Assembly (NCBI RefSeq): GCF_032191835.1
Contig: NC_083239.1
Location: 372,001-436,000, forward strand
Direction of reading: 5' to 3'
Origin: Heteronotia binoei
Taxonomy: Eukaryota
Length of the DNA: 64,000 bases
Under the pieces are notes generated by a model that saw nothing but the letters and a program-made list of their open reading frames with translations, did not search any database and was not told the DNA's origin. Positions 22,883 to 35,503 of this stretch are shown in pieces (within the stretch, counting starts at the first letter, position 1; every line of letters begins with the position of its first letter). A program made the position numbers and the translations under genes.

Positions 22883-24540
22883 CCTCTACATACACCGTCC
22901 CTCCCCTCCACCGTCCCTCCTCTCTACATACAATATTATGTGAGTTGAAATTGATCCATGTAGAGAGGGAGGGAGCAGGAGCATGTTGACCCCACCTACC
23001 TGTAATTTCTGGCTCCTGAAAATGCAGTGTTCAAAATCATGAGAAAGGATCTTATGTGCATTTAGACTCTCTGCTCACAAGCTAATCACTCATCAATGAT
23101 CAGCATCAATGTACTCCTGTGTAATCTCCTCTCTACTACACTGATTTAGTGCACATTATGCCATGTCTTTCTTCAAAAGAAAAAAAAAAGAACAGACATC
23201 ATTGTCTTGATACAAAAATCATGTAATGCTCTTTAACAAGACCAGAAAAAAAATCACCAATCAAAAGGAATGTGCATGCCTGGAGGCAGGGGGTGCTGTG
23301 GATCAACACTGCTACCTACAAGTGTTTCTGTCTTATAATTCTCCTTTGCACATAGTATTGCCACCAGTGCTTGGAAAAGGCATCCACCAGACCGGAAGAA
23401 CAAAATTGGTTATGGGGATTATCTTTATTTTTCGATCCTTTCTTTTGCAGATAATAAAGTATCTGGAGTTACAAAGAATCATCTAATGACTCTTAAATAT
23501 TCATACTGTTGCATCACTTTCCTGTATCAACTGAGGCAGAATGGCCTTAAAATATACAAAGGTGACCTTCCAATCCAGCTCAAACCTTGCTGGGATTAAA
23601 ATAATGTTCCTCCAAAAACAGCAGGGTTTGACCTTTCAGCTAGTTCTGGTCATATGACTCAAGCCATCTATTTATTTATTTATTACTTTAAATTTCTCTC
23701 CCGCCCTCTCCGCAAGCGGACTCTGCCAATAATGTAGCCAAATATACATCTCTGCACCTGTGAGGTCTATAATCATGCACATGTTTTAAGAAATTAAACA
23801 TGTTCTTCAAATGCTAGTAAGATTTTGAAAGCCTGTGCAAACTAAAATTTGAAGACTGCATGTTATATTGACCTTATCTAGTACACCATATGATGGTTTC
23901 AGATAACTTCTTTTGAAAAAAAGCCCAGCTGCTCAGAGTCTGAGTTCTGTGGTGAATCCTTCAGGGATACCTCAACAACAGAGACCTCACAATGTGTGGA
24001 GGAAGTTGCCTCCCTAAGCAGGAAAAAAAAGCTGCTGAGTAGAATTGTAGAATGGCAAGCTGGAGTGTTTCATGTCTTTTAGCGCTGGCCAGAATTGAAT
24101 CCTTTAAGGTCAGTATTTTACATTGTGTATGGGGATTCAGAATAAGGGTAGGGGGAACCCAGTTATTCTTTAAGAACATTTTATCTGCACATCTTCAAAA
24201 GCCCTCCTTTTCTTGACACTCAAACTTGCTTGATAAGCAGGAATCCAGGAATGAATGAACTCAAGTTCTCAAGTTGCTGCTCAGTGCTGCTCTCTGAGAA
24301 GTAATTTCATGGAAGAGACTGCTGGCTTTAGAATACTAGCTTTTAGCTCTCAGCAATAGCGATTTTCAGACTTGGCAATCTTTGCAAAATTTAAGGCCAT
24401 CCTGAATTTAGCCCTGTAATGCTGGTGCTATTCCTGTGACCTTTATTGATCTTTGGTATCTCATTTAGTTCTCTGTCTACATTTATGTAAGAGTCTTTCT
24501 CACTTGGTCTTGATCTGTGGTATTCCATGATAATATATGG

Positions 24541-24676
24541 CAGGGGTGGCCAACGGTAGCTCTCCAGATGTTTTTTGCCTACAACTCCCATCAGCCCCAG
24601 CCATTGGCCATGCTGGCTGGGGCTGATGGGAGTTGTAGGCAGAAAACATCTGGAGAGCTACCGTTGGCCACCCCTG
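24541..24676. mobile_element. Palindromic hAT MITE family B
   Basis: 8-bp TSD atatatgg, fold-back structure. Confidence 0.92.
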
Positions 24677-24906
24677 ATATATGGGGATGGCATTCCTCAC
24701 AGCAAGCAAGCAGCAGGCATTTCAAACCTCCATATAGCTTGGAAATGTTGTCTCTCTAGGATGAAACCTAGAGAATAGACAATGATCAAGGAGAGAGGCG
24801 ATCATGGCACCTGTTCCTGCTCATTCCTTAGGCAGCCCCTCCTTCTACCTGTAAAAGCAAGCAGGTTTCCTGTATTGATGTATGCTTTCCAGCCTTTCAG
24901 TGGGTC

Positions 24907-25172
24907 CCAGTTTGGTGTAGTGGTTAAATGTGTGGACTCTTATATGGGAAAACCAGGTTTGATTCCCCACTCCACATGTAGCTGCTGGAGTGATCTTGGG
25001 TCAATCATAACTCTCTCAGAGCTGTTATTTCCAAGAGCAGTTCTCAGAAGAGCTCTCTCAGCCCCACCTACCTCACAGGGTATCTGTTATGGGGACAGGA
25101 AGGGAAAGGAGATTGTAAGCCGCTCTGAGATTCAGAGTGAAGGGTGAGGTATAAATCCAATCTCTTCTTCTT
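24907..25172 (+). mobile_element. Squam3-like tRNA/CORE SINE
   Basis: Family match, (TTC)n tail. Confidence 0.88.
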
Positions 25173-25297
25173 CTGGAGTTTTCCTGGAATTACAACTGAT
25201 CTCTAGAATACAGAGAACAATTTCCCTGGAGGAAAAGGCAGTTTTGGAAAGTGGACTCTGTGTTATGCCATGTAGATTAAGAGATCTGAAGGTCTAG

Positions 25298-25500
25298 ACC
25301 AAGGGAGTCAAAGTCTTTTGTTCTAACATAAATAGGACCTTGTCAGACTGGTCCATGTGTGTCATAAAATGTAATGCCAGGTAGCAAAGATATAAACTTT
25401 ATAAAGGACACAAATAAAATTATAGAATTTTTTTAACTTAAAATACAAACATGCTTAAAATAGTAACACCCTTGAGATTTATTTAACAGTCTTTGATATC
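25298..25500. mobile_element. Terminal fragment of hAT family C
   Basis: Similar to the reverse complement of 14250-14440 and to 35504-35700. Confidence 0.7.
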
Positions 25501-25529
25501 CAATACCTCCCAAACCTTCCCCCCTGCCC

Positions 25530-28500
25530 TTAAGAGAGAACATAAGAGACACCATGTTGGATCAGGCCAGTGGCCCATCCAGTCCAACACTCTGCGTCAC
25601 ATAAGAACATAAGAGAAGCCATGTTGGACCAGGCCAATGGCCCCTCCAGTCCAACACTCTGTGTCACATAAGAACATAAAGAGAAGCCATGTTGGATCAG
25701 GCCAGTGGTCCATCCAGTCCAACACTCTGTGTCACATAAGAACATAAGAGAAGCCATGTTGGATCAGGCCAGTGGGCCCCTCCAGTCCAACGCTCTGTGT
25801 CACACAGTGGCCAAAGCCCAGGGGCCATCAGGAGGTCCACCAGCAAAGCCAGAACTCCAGAAGCCCTCCCACTGAAGAAGCAGAGGACATGGGATTTATA
25901 TTCCACCCTCCACTCAGAGTGACTCACAATCTCTTTTATCTTCCTCTCCCACATCAGACACCCTGCGAGGTAGGTGGGACTGAGAGAGCTCTCTCAGAAG
26001 TTGCCCTTTCGAGGAAAAGCCCTGTGAGAACTATGGCTGACCCAAGGCCATTCCAGCAGCTGTAGTGGAGGAGTGGGAAATCAAACTCGTTTCTCTCAGA
26101 TAAGAGTCCGTGCACTTAACCACGACACCAAACTGTTGCCCCCCAAGCACCAAGAATACAGAGCATCACTGCCCCAGACAGTTCCAATAATATACTGTGG
26201 CTAATAGCCACTGATGAACCTCTGCTCCATATTTTTATCCAATCCCCTCTTGAAGCTGGCTATGCTTGTAGCCGCTACCACCTCCTGTGGCAGTGAATTC
26301 CACATGTTAATCACCCTTTGGGTGAAGAAGTACTTCCTTTTATCTGTTCTAACCCGACTGCTCAGCAATTTCATTGAATGCCCATGAGTTCTTGTATTGT
26401 GAGAAAGGGAGAAAAGTACTTCTTTCTCTACTTTCTCCATCCCATGCATAATCTTGTAAACCTCTATCATGTCACCCCGCAGTCGACGTTTCTCCAAGCT
26501 AAAGAGCCCCAAGTGTTTTAACCTTTCTTCATAGGGAAAGTGTTCCAAGCCTTTAATTATTCTAGCTGCCCTTTTCTGGACTTTTCCCAGTGCTATAATA
26601 TCTTTTTTGAGGTGTGGTGACCAAAATTATACACAGTATTCCAAATGAGACCGCACCATCGATTTATACAGGGGCATTATGATACTGGCTGATTTGTTTT
26701 CAATCTCCTTCCTAATAATTCCCAGCATAGCATTGGCCTTTTTTATTGCAACCACACACTGCCTTGACATTTTCAATGAGTTATCTACCACAACTCCAAG
26801 ATCTCTCTCTTGGTCAGTTTCCGCCAGTTCACACCCCATCAACTTGTATTTGTAGCTGGGATTTTTGGCCCCAATGTGCATTACTTTGCACTTGGCCACA
26901 TTGAACCTCATCTGCCATGTTGACGCCCACTCACTCAGCCTCAACAGATCCCTTTGGAGAGCCTCACAATCCTCTCTGGTTCTCACCACCCTGAACAATT
27001 TAGCATCATCTGCAAACTTGGCCACTTCACTGCTTACTCCCAACTCCAAATCATTAATGAACAACTTAAAGAGCATGGGATCCAGTACTGAGCCCTGCGG
27101 CATCCCACTGCGAAGACTGCCCATTTATACTCACTCTCTGCTTCCTATTAATTAGACAATTTTTGATCCACAAGAGGACCTGTCCTTTTACTCCATGACT
27201 CTCGAGTTTACTAAGGAGCCTTTGATGAGGAACTTTATCAAAAGCTTTCTGGAAGTCAAGGTAAACAACATCTATTGCGTCCCCTTTGTCCACATGTTTG
27301 TCCACCCCCCTCAAAGAACTCTTAACAAGTTAGTGAGGCAAGATCTTCCCTTACAGAACCCATGCTGAGTCTTCCTCAATAACTTGTGTTCATCAATGTG
27401 CCTGCTCATTCTGTCCTTGATAATGCTTTCTACCAACTTTCCCGGTATTGAAGTCAGACTGACTGGCCTGTAATTTCCTGGATCTCCTCTGGAACCCTTT
27501 TTAAAGATGGGGGTGACATTTGCTACCTTCCAGTCCTCAGGAACGGAGGCAGATTTCAATGAAAGATTACAGATTTTTGTCAGGAGATCCACAAGTTCAA
27601 CTTTGAGTTCTTTCAGAATTCTTGGATGTATGCCATCCAGACCTGATGACTTATTAGTTTTTAATTCGTCAATCAGTTGTAGGACCTCCTCTCTTGTCAC
27701 CTCAATTTGACTCAGGTCTTTCAACACCCCTTCCAAAATTATTGGTTCTGGAGCGGGCAAACGCTTCTCGTCTTCCATAGTGAAGACTGAGGCAAAAAAT
27801 GCATTTACCTTCTCAGCCATTTCCCTATCCTCCTTCAGTAATCCTTTTACCCCTTGGTCATCCAGGGACACCACTGCCTCCCTGACTGGTTTCCTGCTTC
27901 TAATATATTTGAAGAAATTTTTATTGTTAGTCTTTATGTTTTTTGCCATATGCTCCTCATAGTCCCTTTTTGCCTGCCTGATCACAGTCTTGCATTTGAT
28001 TTGCCACAGCCTGTGTTCCCTTTTATTAATCTCACTTGGAATAGCTTTCCACCACTTAAAGGAGTCCTTCTTACTTTTTACAGCTTTCATTACTTTGTTT
28101 GTTAACCATGCAGGCCTTTTCTTATACCTGTTTGTTCCTTTCCTAACTTGTGGTATATATTTTATCTGAGCTTCTAGGATTGTACTTTTAAATAGCCTCC
28201 AAGCTTCCCCAAGGGTTTTGACTGTATTTACCTTTCGTTTCAGTTTCCTCTTCACATGCCTCCTCATCTCAGAGAATTTACCCCTTTTAAAGTTAAACGT
28301 GGTTGTGCTGGTCTTTTGGGGCAGCTCCCTATTTATACAAATGGTGAAATCAATAACGTTATGGTCACTGCTCCCAAGCGGTGCAATCACTTTTACATCT
28401 CTCACCAAGTCTTGGGCATTACTTAGGACCAAATCCAGGATCGCCCCACCCCTGGTAGGTTCAGAGACCATCTGCTCCATAGCACAGTCATTGAGAGCAT

Positions 28501-28578
28501 CTAGAAACTCAATCTCTTTCTCTCGACCTAAACACATATTGACCCAATCAATCTGCAGGTAGTTAAAATCACCTATTA
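25530..28578 (-). mobile_element. CR1 LINE, 3' part (EN end, RT, 3' UTR, four tandem tail units)
   Basis: ORFs 27311-28537, 27066-27314, 26627-27124, 26201-26548 (GDPGNYRPVSLTS, YLDFQKAFDKVPH, FADD). Tail units end in cttatgttctta. Confidence 0.95.
25874..26135 (-). mobile_element. Squam3-like SINE inserted in the CR1 3' UTR
   Basis: Family match, CR1 UTR sequence continues on both sides. Confidence 0.88.
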
Positions 28579-30336
28579 CGAAACATCATTGCTAAGAGAG
28601 CCCCTGATGAGGAAGAGTTGCCTACTGAGGAGAAAGTGGGCCAGATAACACTCGCAATGCAGCCTTTTGGGACTGAGGGTTTGGAAAAACAGGGATGAGT
28701 TGCTTTCTCCCCCAAACCTTTAGTTTCCAGTCATCTATAGTCACAAACTTCATCCTGCCCTGGCGCTTGAGCCAGGACTGAGTTCCAAGTTCCATTTACA
28801 CTGACAGGATTCTATTATGAGAAATGTGAAGTAATACAGAAGTGGATCGCCCTGTTAGTCTTCCTACAGCAACCAAAGCCTGGTGATTCTTAAAAAAATA
28901 CATTTCCGCATAAGCTTTCCTTAGTCAGAGTTCACTTCATAAAATGCATGTGGAAACAAATGTTGCAGCCATTGTAGCGAGACTTTGAAATACCAAGGGA
29001 GACCTGAGTAAGTGCTGGTAAGCATTTACAGACAAGGGGTACGTGCTGCCCTGCAGTCCTTGCTCAGCCCAGAAGGGGGCAGCGCGGCGGCACATGGTGC
29101 ATTTGCTCAGCTCAATAACAAAGTTGTGTTGCAAGTCCAGGCTTAAAAAGAAACAACATTGACAATGTAGAAATACAATGTGTGTGAATATAAATTTTCA
29201 AAACGTGCATCAAAGAGTGTTCTCAACAGAGTTTCCATCGTTATACTTCTTGATTCGTTCAAGAATCTTTATCAAGAAATGCACATGTAAACAACTCAAA
29301 GTTTTTTACATCAGAATTTTCTTGGCTTTGTATCCAGTATTAATGTTTTTTTATTCTAATGCTTCTTTTCATGGAGCCAAGCAGCCTCTATAGCATCCAC
29401 AACACAATGGTTGCACTCTTTCACCAGGCTGCCACGTTGAAGCCCCTTGTGCCTGGCATGATGATGTCACCTGGAAGTGATGTTACCACACCAGGCATGT
29501 TGCATGCTGGCACCATAGAGCTTTTTACCCATATACTAGTGCATCCTGTGTGTGATGTGCCCAGTGCGATGACGTCACTTCTGTGCAAAACCAGCCATCA
29601 GGTAAGACCTGGCAATCCTCGCTGCAACCCACGAAGGGGCTGTTTCACCCCTGTCAGGTCTCCCACGGTCTCACCTTGTCTGGCTTTAGGTAGCACGTGG
29701 CACCCTTATTGGTGGTCTTGTGATTCACAGAGCCTGATAAGTTTGAAGCCTGCTGATTTTTTGACCTTTGGGTTGATTGATTGAGATTTTCCTTGCTGTT
29801 TGCTGTATGACATGCTGTATGTCACCATGGTAACAAAACACCTGCCATAATATTGCTCCCTTTTTATTCTGTTCACACAGATATTGGACACAATTGAGAG
29901 TGCTGCTGAGATAGAAAGTTAGTCCTATCTGCATTCTCATGCTGCTAGTTGGTTAGGGATAGGATTATTTCTTTTTCTTGTTTGACTTGTGTTCTATGAC
30001 CCAGAATACATTAAGCAACTGGGAAAAGTATGGTCCACTGCACTCTGCTAACCCAAATGTACTCCTATCAGTAGGATGTCCTGGTCTAAGCATATGAGCC
30101 TCGGTATGTATGGAAAGAACCCCTGCCAAAGCAGCACCCTCCGGCTTTGCCTAGCTGGAGGCAATCCAGCCTGAATATCGCCACCCTCCGGCTTTGCCTA
30201 GCTGGAGGCAATCCAGCCTGAATATCTCCAGTATCCCTTTTCCCACAGATTCTTGCTTCATCTTTCTCTGCTAGTCAGCATGCCTATATCACACCTCCCC
30301 CCTTATGTATTTTTTTAATTGCACAAAAGCAATGCA

Positions 30337-31520
30337 GTGTCACCTGCATATCTGAGGTTGTTGATGTTTTCCCCAGCAATCTTAATTCTGGCTTCTGCTT
30401 CTTCCAGGCCAGCAGTCTGCATAAATTAAATAAGCAGGGTGACAATATACATCCTTGTCGAACTCCTTTTCCTATTCTAATCCAATCAGTTGTTCCATAT
30501 CCCATTCTGACAGTTGTTTCTTGACCCTTATACAGGTTTCTCAGGAGACATGTGAACATATGAAGCTGCCTTATACTGAATCAGACCTTTGGTCCATCAA
30601 AGTCAGTATTGTCTTCTCAGACTGGCAGCGGCTGTGAGGTGATCTGGTACTCCCATCTCTTTAAGGACTTGCCACAGTTTGTTGTGATCCACACAATCAA
30701 AGGCGTTAGCATAGTCAATGAAGCAGAAAACATCAACAACCTCAGATATGCAGATGACACTACTTTAACGGCAGAAAATGAGAAGGACCTAAAGAACCTC
30801 TTGTTGAGGGTGAAAGAGGAGAGCACAAAAGTAGGCTTGAAACTCAACATCAAAAACACTAAGATCATGGCATCTGGTCCCATTAAACCTTGGCAAATAG
30901 AAGGGGAAGACATGGAAGTAGTGACAGACTTCACATTTCTGGGATCCAAGATCACTGCAGATGGTGACTGTAGCCATGAAATTAAAAGACGTTTGTTCCT
31001 TGGGAGGACAGCTATGGTGAACCTGAGCAGTATAATAAAAAGTAGAGACATCACCCTATCAACAAAAGTCTGTATAGTCAAAGCGATGGTATTCCCAGTA
31101 GTAATGTATGGCTGTGAGAGCTGGACCATAAGGAAGGCCGAGCGCAGAAGAATAGATGCTTTTGAGATGTGGTGCTGGTGACGACTCTTGAGGGTCCCTT
31201 GGACTGCAAGAAGATCAAATCAGTCAGTCCTAAGGGAAATCAACCCAGACTGTTCCCTGGAAGGTCAGATGCTAAAGCTGAAGCTCAAATACTTTGGCCA
31301 CCAAATGAGAAGGGAGCACTCCCTGGAGAAGATCCTGATGCTAGGAAAGACAGAAGGCAAAAGAAGAAGGGGATGGCAAAAGATGAGATGGCTGGACAGT
31401 GTTACTGATGTAATAAACACGAATTTGAGCAGACTTCGGAGGATGGTGGAAGACAGGAGGGCCTGGGGTGACTTTGTCCATGGGGTCGCAATGAGTCGGA
31501 CTTGACTGTGCGACTGAACA
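30337..31520 (+). mobile_element. BovB/RTE LINE with inverted 5' segment (30337-30725 on -, 30726-31520 on +)
   Basis: NINNLRYADDTTL...RRIDAFEMWCW on +, RIGKGVRQGCILSPCLFNL on -, (CAA)n tail. Confidence 0.92.
30553..30632 (-). mobile_element. 80-bp tail-only copy of the CR1-tailed tRNA SINE, inserted in BovB
   Basis: Matches the 3' part of 22672-22882, short TSD tgtga. Confidence 0.85.
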
Positions 31521-31829
31521 ACAACAAAACAAAAATGCTAAATCAAAGCTGACAAACTGTGTTAGAAATATTTTCACCAAGTGCTTTTATACAATTGTTG
31601 CCAGAGTACCAAGGAAGAAGGTAGAGTGTAAAATAGAGATCGTGCTTGGAGATGAGCACAGATTTGAGCTGCCAGATTGCAACAGATCCACATTATCTCC
31701 TTAAATCCTTACATAGTATATATATATATTACACACACGCACACATATATACTCACAGACAACTGAACACTTGCTCCAATGAGCATAGAGCTATTCATAG
31801 GACATATTGGGAGAAATGGTTCTGCAGAT

Positions 31830-32050
31830 ACATTGATCGCTGACCACTTAGGCCTTAAAGGTGAATACCTGATCTGGTATTCAGCTGGCAACCAATGCAG
31901 CCGGAAAACACTGGCTGAATGTACAGCCACACAGGTGTTGCAGTCAGCAGGCATGCTGATGCATTTTGCACCAGCTGAAGTTTCTGGATCAAGTTCAAGG
32001 GCAACCCCATGTAGAGGGAGTTACAGTAGTCCAGTCTGGAGGTGACCATT
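31830..32050 (-). mobile_element. Degraded L2 fragment
   Basis: MVTSRLDYCNSLYMGLP...KLQLVQNA motif, as in the L2 at 55151. Confidence 0.8.
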
Positions 32051-32058
32051 GTCTAGAT

Positions 32059-32194
32059 CAGGGGTGGCCAACAGTAGCTCTCCAGATGTTTTTTGCCTAC
32101 ACCTCCCATCAACCCCAGCCAGCATGACCAATGGCTGGGGCTGATGGGAGTTGTAGGCAAAAAACATCTGGAGAGCTACTGTTGGCCACCCCTG
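32059..32194. mobile_element. Palindromic hAT MITE family B
   Basis: 8-bp TSD gtctagat. Confidence 0.92.
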
Positions 32195-32200
32195 GTCTAG

Positions 32201-34560
32201 ATCACCTATTAGGACACAGTTTTTATGTTTAGCCACTATCTTTAATATTTTCATCATATTATAAGCATCGAACCGGTGGGTGATGATAAACTCCCAGAGC
32301 TAAACTTCCTTTTGGGCCCACCATTTTGACCCAAAGCATTTCTAAAAGAGAATCTAATTTTCTGACCTTCTCAATCTTACTGGACTGTTTACCCTGTCTG
32401 ACATACAGAGCCACCCCACCTCCAACCCTTCCCTCCCTATCCTCCGATATAATTTATATCCAGGAATCACCGTGTCCCACTGATTTTCCTCATTCCACCA
32501 AGTTTCTGTAATACCCACAATGTCTACATTTTCCCTCAACATTAAGCATTCCAACTCCCTGATTTTACCTCAGACACTTTTAGCATTTGTATACAAACAT
32601 CTATAATTTCCCAGGCAAGTTAGGCCCATAACCTTCCTCCTGCTGCCTCGAGACTTTGGCAGACAGTCCATACTGTTTGTCACCATCTCAGTGGACAACT
32701 CTAATCCGTGGCCTGGTAGAAAAGTAATGTAACTTCATCTCTTTGAGATGAGTCCTCTTGAACCAGAGACATTTCATCTCCTGTCGGCTTTCCCCCAAGT
32801 TTCAGTATAAAAACTGCTCTGCCACCTTTTTGATTTTAAGTGCCAGCAGCCTGGTTCCTTCAGGGGACAAGTGGAGACCATCTCTTTTGTACAGCTCTCG
32901 CTTGTTCCAAAAAGCATCTCAGTGCCTAACAAACTTAAACCCTTCCTCCCTGCACCATCATCTCATCCATGTATTGAGACTTCTAATTTGTGCCTGTCTC
33001 TCCAGCATGGCCCTGCACGTGGAACAGGTAGCACTTCTGAGAAGGCTATCTTGGAGGTCCTGGCCTTGAGTCTGCTGCCTAGCAGCCTAAATTTTTCCTC
33101 CAGGACCTCATGACTTCATTTTCCCACATCATTGGTGCCAACATGCACCACGACCACTGACTCCGCCCCAGCACTGTCTATCAGCCTATCTACAACATGC
33201 GTAATGTCTGCTACCTTCGCACCGGGCAGGGAAGTCACCATACGGTCAGTACATGGTTTTGCCACCCAGCTATCTACGTGTCTGAGGGTCGAATCACCAA
33301 CTACCAAGACCCTCCCCCATCCCTGCCCAGGGATTGTTCCTTGGCATGAAAGGATACCTGCTCACCAACTGAAGAAGAGGTCCCTTCTGAGGGTTCATTC
33401 CCCTTATACTCAGCATGGTGCCCTGTTCCCTCAAGACCCTCATGCTCCCTGGCAGCAATGGGGGTGCCATGTTCAGAGTGGGGCTCATCTAACAAATCCC
33501 CAAGAGTCTTCTCTGAGTGCCTAACTGACTGTCTCTGCTTCTCCAGGTCAGCCACCTCAGCCTCAAGGGTTCGAACTCATTCCCTGAGGACCAGGAGCTC
33601 CTTGCATCGAGCACACACCCAAGACTTCTGTCCAATGGGCAGATAGTCATACATGTGACACTCAGTGAAAAACACTGGAAAGCCCCCACCCCCCTGCTGG
33701 CATTCTACCTTCATAATAGCTTTTTAAATATACAGTCCCCCCCCCCCTTTAAATCCTTTTCTGCTTATGTGGCTCTCCTTCTGGAAAGTCTACTTACCTT
33801 CTTGGGAACACAAGGAAAATAGGGATCTGGGTTCCTGGTCCTTCCTGGGCTTCTTACAGAGCCCCCAGACCAAGAGCCCTTTAGTTCTCACACTTCGGCT
33901 CGTGCCAAAGATTCGCACCTCTGGCAAGGTGTAGCCTAATAATGCAAAGAGGGTGGGCCTCAGTCTGCCTGAGGCAACACAGACACTCAAAATGAGCAAC
34001 TATCACCTACAATCAGCAACAATCAGCAACCTACAGTTTGGAGAGCCAGTTTGGTGTAGTGGTTAAGTGTGGGGACTCTTATCTGGGAGAACCGGGTTTG
34101 ATTCCCCACTCCTCCACTTGCATCTGCTGGAATGGCCTTGGGTTAGCCATAGCACTTGCAGAGGTTGTCCTTGAAAGGGCAGCTGCTGTGAGAGCCCTCT
34201 CAGCCTCACCCACCTCACAGGGTGTCTGTTGTGGGGGGAGAAAATATAGGAGAGTGTAAGCCTCTCTGATTCAGAGAGAAAGGCGGGGTATAAATCTGCA
34301 ATTCTTCGTCTTCTTTTTCTACAGCCCATTCAAAACAAACGAACAGCAGTTCCTCAGCAACCACACAAACCACACAGACTCTCAGCAACTTCCCCCAGCT
34401 GTTTAGAAAGCCAGACACTCACCCTTGCAGCAGCTCTTTCCTGCTCTGTCCCAGAGCTCGTGCCCTCACCCCCATCCTCACCACTGCAGCCAATTTAGCC
34501 TAACAGGGGGTATATGTTCCTGCCTGCTATTAGGCTAAACTGGCAACAAGCCAGTAGGGG
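32201..34560 (-). mobile_element. CR1 LINE, 5' part (5' UTR, ORF1 with zinc finger/leucine zipper and SGNH esterase, start of the APE endonuclease)
   Basis: ECHMYDYLP...CARCKELL, VVGDSTLR...VHVGTNDV, VDIVGITETWW. Collinear with the 3' part across an 11-bp duplication. The 5' boundary is approximate. Confidence 0.88.
34040..34318 (+). mobile_element. Squam3-like tRNA/CORE SINE, near full length
   Basis: A/B-box-like head, core, L2-like tail. Confidence 0.92.
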
Positions 34561-35503
34561 GAATGAAACCAGCCTCCTTACATCCTTCCCTCAGTCCACC
34601 GTTCCCTCAGTTCAGCCAGAGCCACAAACTGACCTGTGCTGCTCTTCAGTCACTCCATCCTGCCTCCCAGCCTAAGCATCTCTCACTACCATGGTGCCTT
34701 CTGCTTCCTGTGCCCAGCAGGGCCATGCCAAGGATAGCAGAACTACATGGCCCTGCCCTGGTGTGCTCATGAAAAGGCACTGCAAAGGTGGTGAACAGGA
34801 AGCCTGTACCTCTTGCTCCCCGGGATTGAGGATCCTGTTTGAAGCCCTGCAGGGAAAGTGGGGGGAGGGTAAGGAGGGTGATGGCAGCTGCGACACACCT
34901 TGCTGCTGGGTGGGGAGGTGGCTAGGCCCCAAATAGTGCAGGAAGCTTGGTCTTCCCCATGCCCACTGCTGGGCCTATCCTGGGAGCTGCAGATGGCTAG
35001 GGGGTGGGGGCAGCCAAGAGGACTATTTGAGGCACTGCCCTGCCCTGGGTCACACTTTCTGCCATGTAGGAGACTGCAGGCACACTCAGCTGGTGCTGCA
35101 AAGCAGACCCTACGTGGCTTGCCTGCCATGGTGGTGGCTAAGGGAAAGCTCTGCCATCAATACAAGTCACCTTGTGCTATGGCAAAAGTGTGTTCTAGAG
35201 GCCCCAAAGCTGTGTGCTAGGGCACCCTAGCTCAGCTTACAGGAAACACTGGTGAGTATACACAAATCCATATGCACAATCCCATCACAAAAATACTAAC
35301 TGAAACAATATGGTTTTGACTATCTAAAGTCCTGCAGTGAAGAAACCCTGAAAGTTTCCACTGTAGCAGTACCCATAAGTTTGTACCATGAGGGCTGCCA
35401 GCTCTGACTTGGAAAATTCCTGGAATTTTAGGGTCAGTATATATATGGGGGTGGCAGAGTTTGGAGAAGGGTGGGAGCTAAGCAGGGATGTGATGCCATG
35501 GAG

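Noticed and set aside
25530-25805. CRISPR-like or regularly spaced repeat array
   Set aside because: There are no unique spacers, the units are CR1 3' tails, and the context is a vertebrate genome.
28605-28645. CTGATGAG...GAAA hammerhead-like words at the edge of the captured block
   Set aside because: No stem II pairing between the two core motifs.
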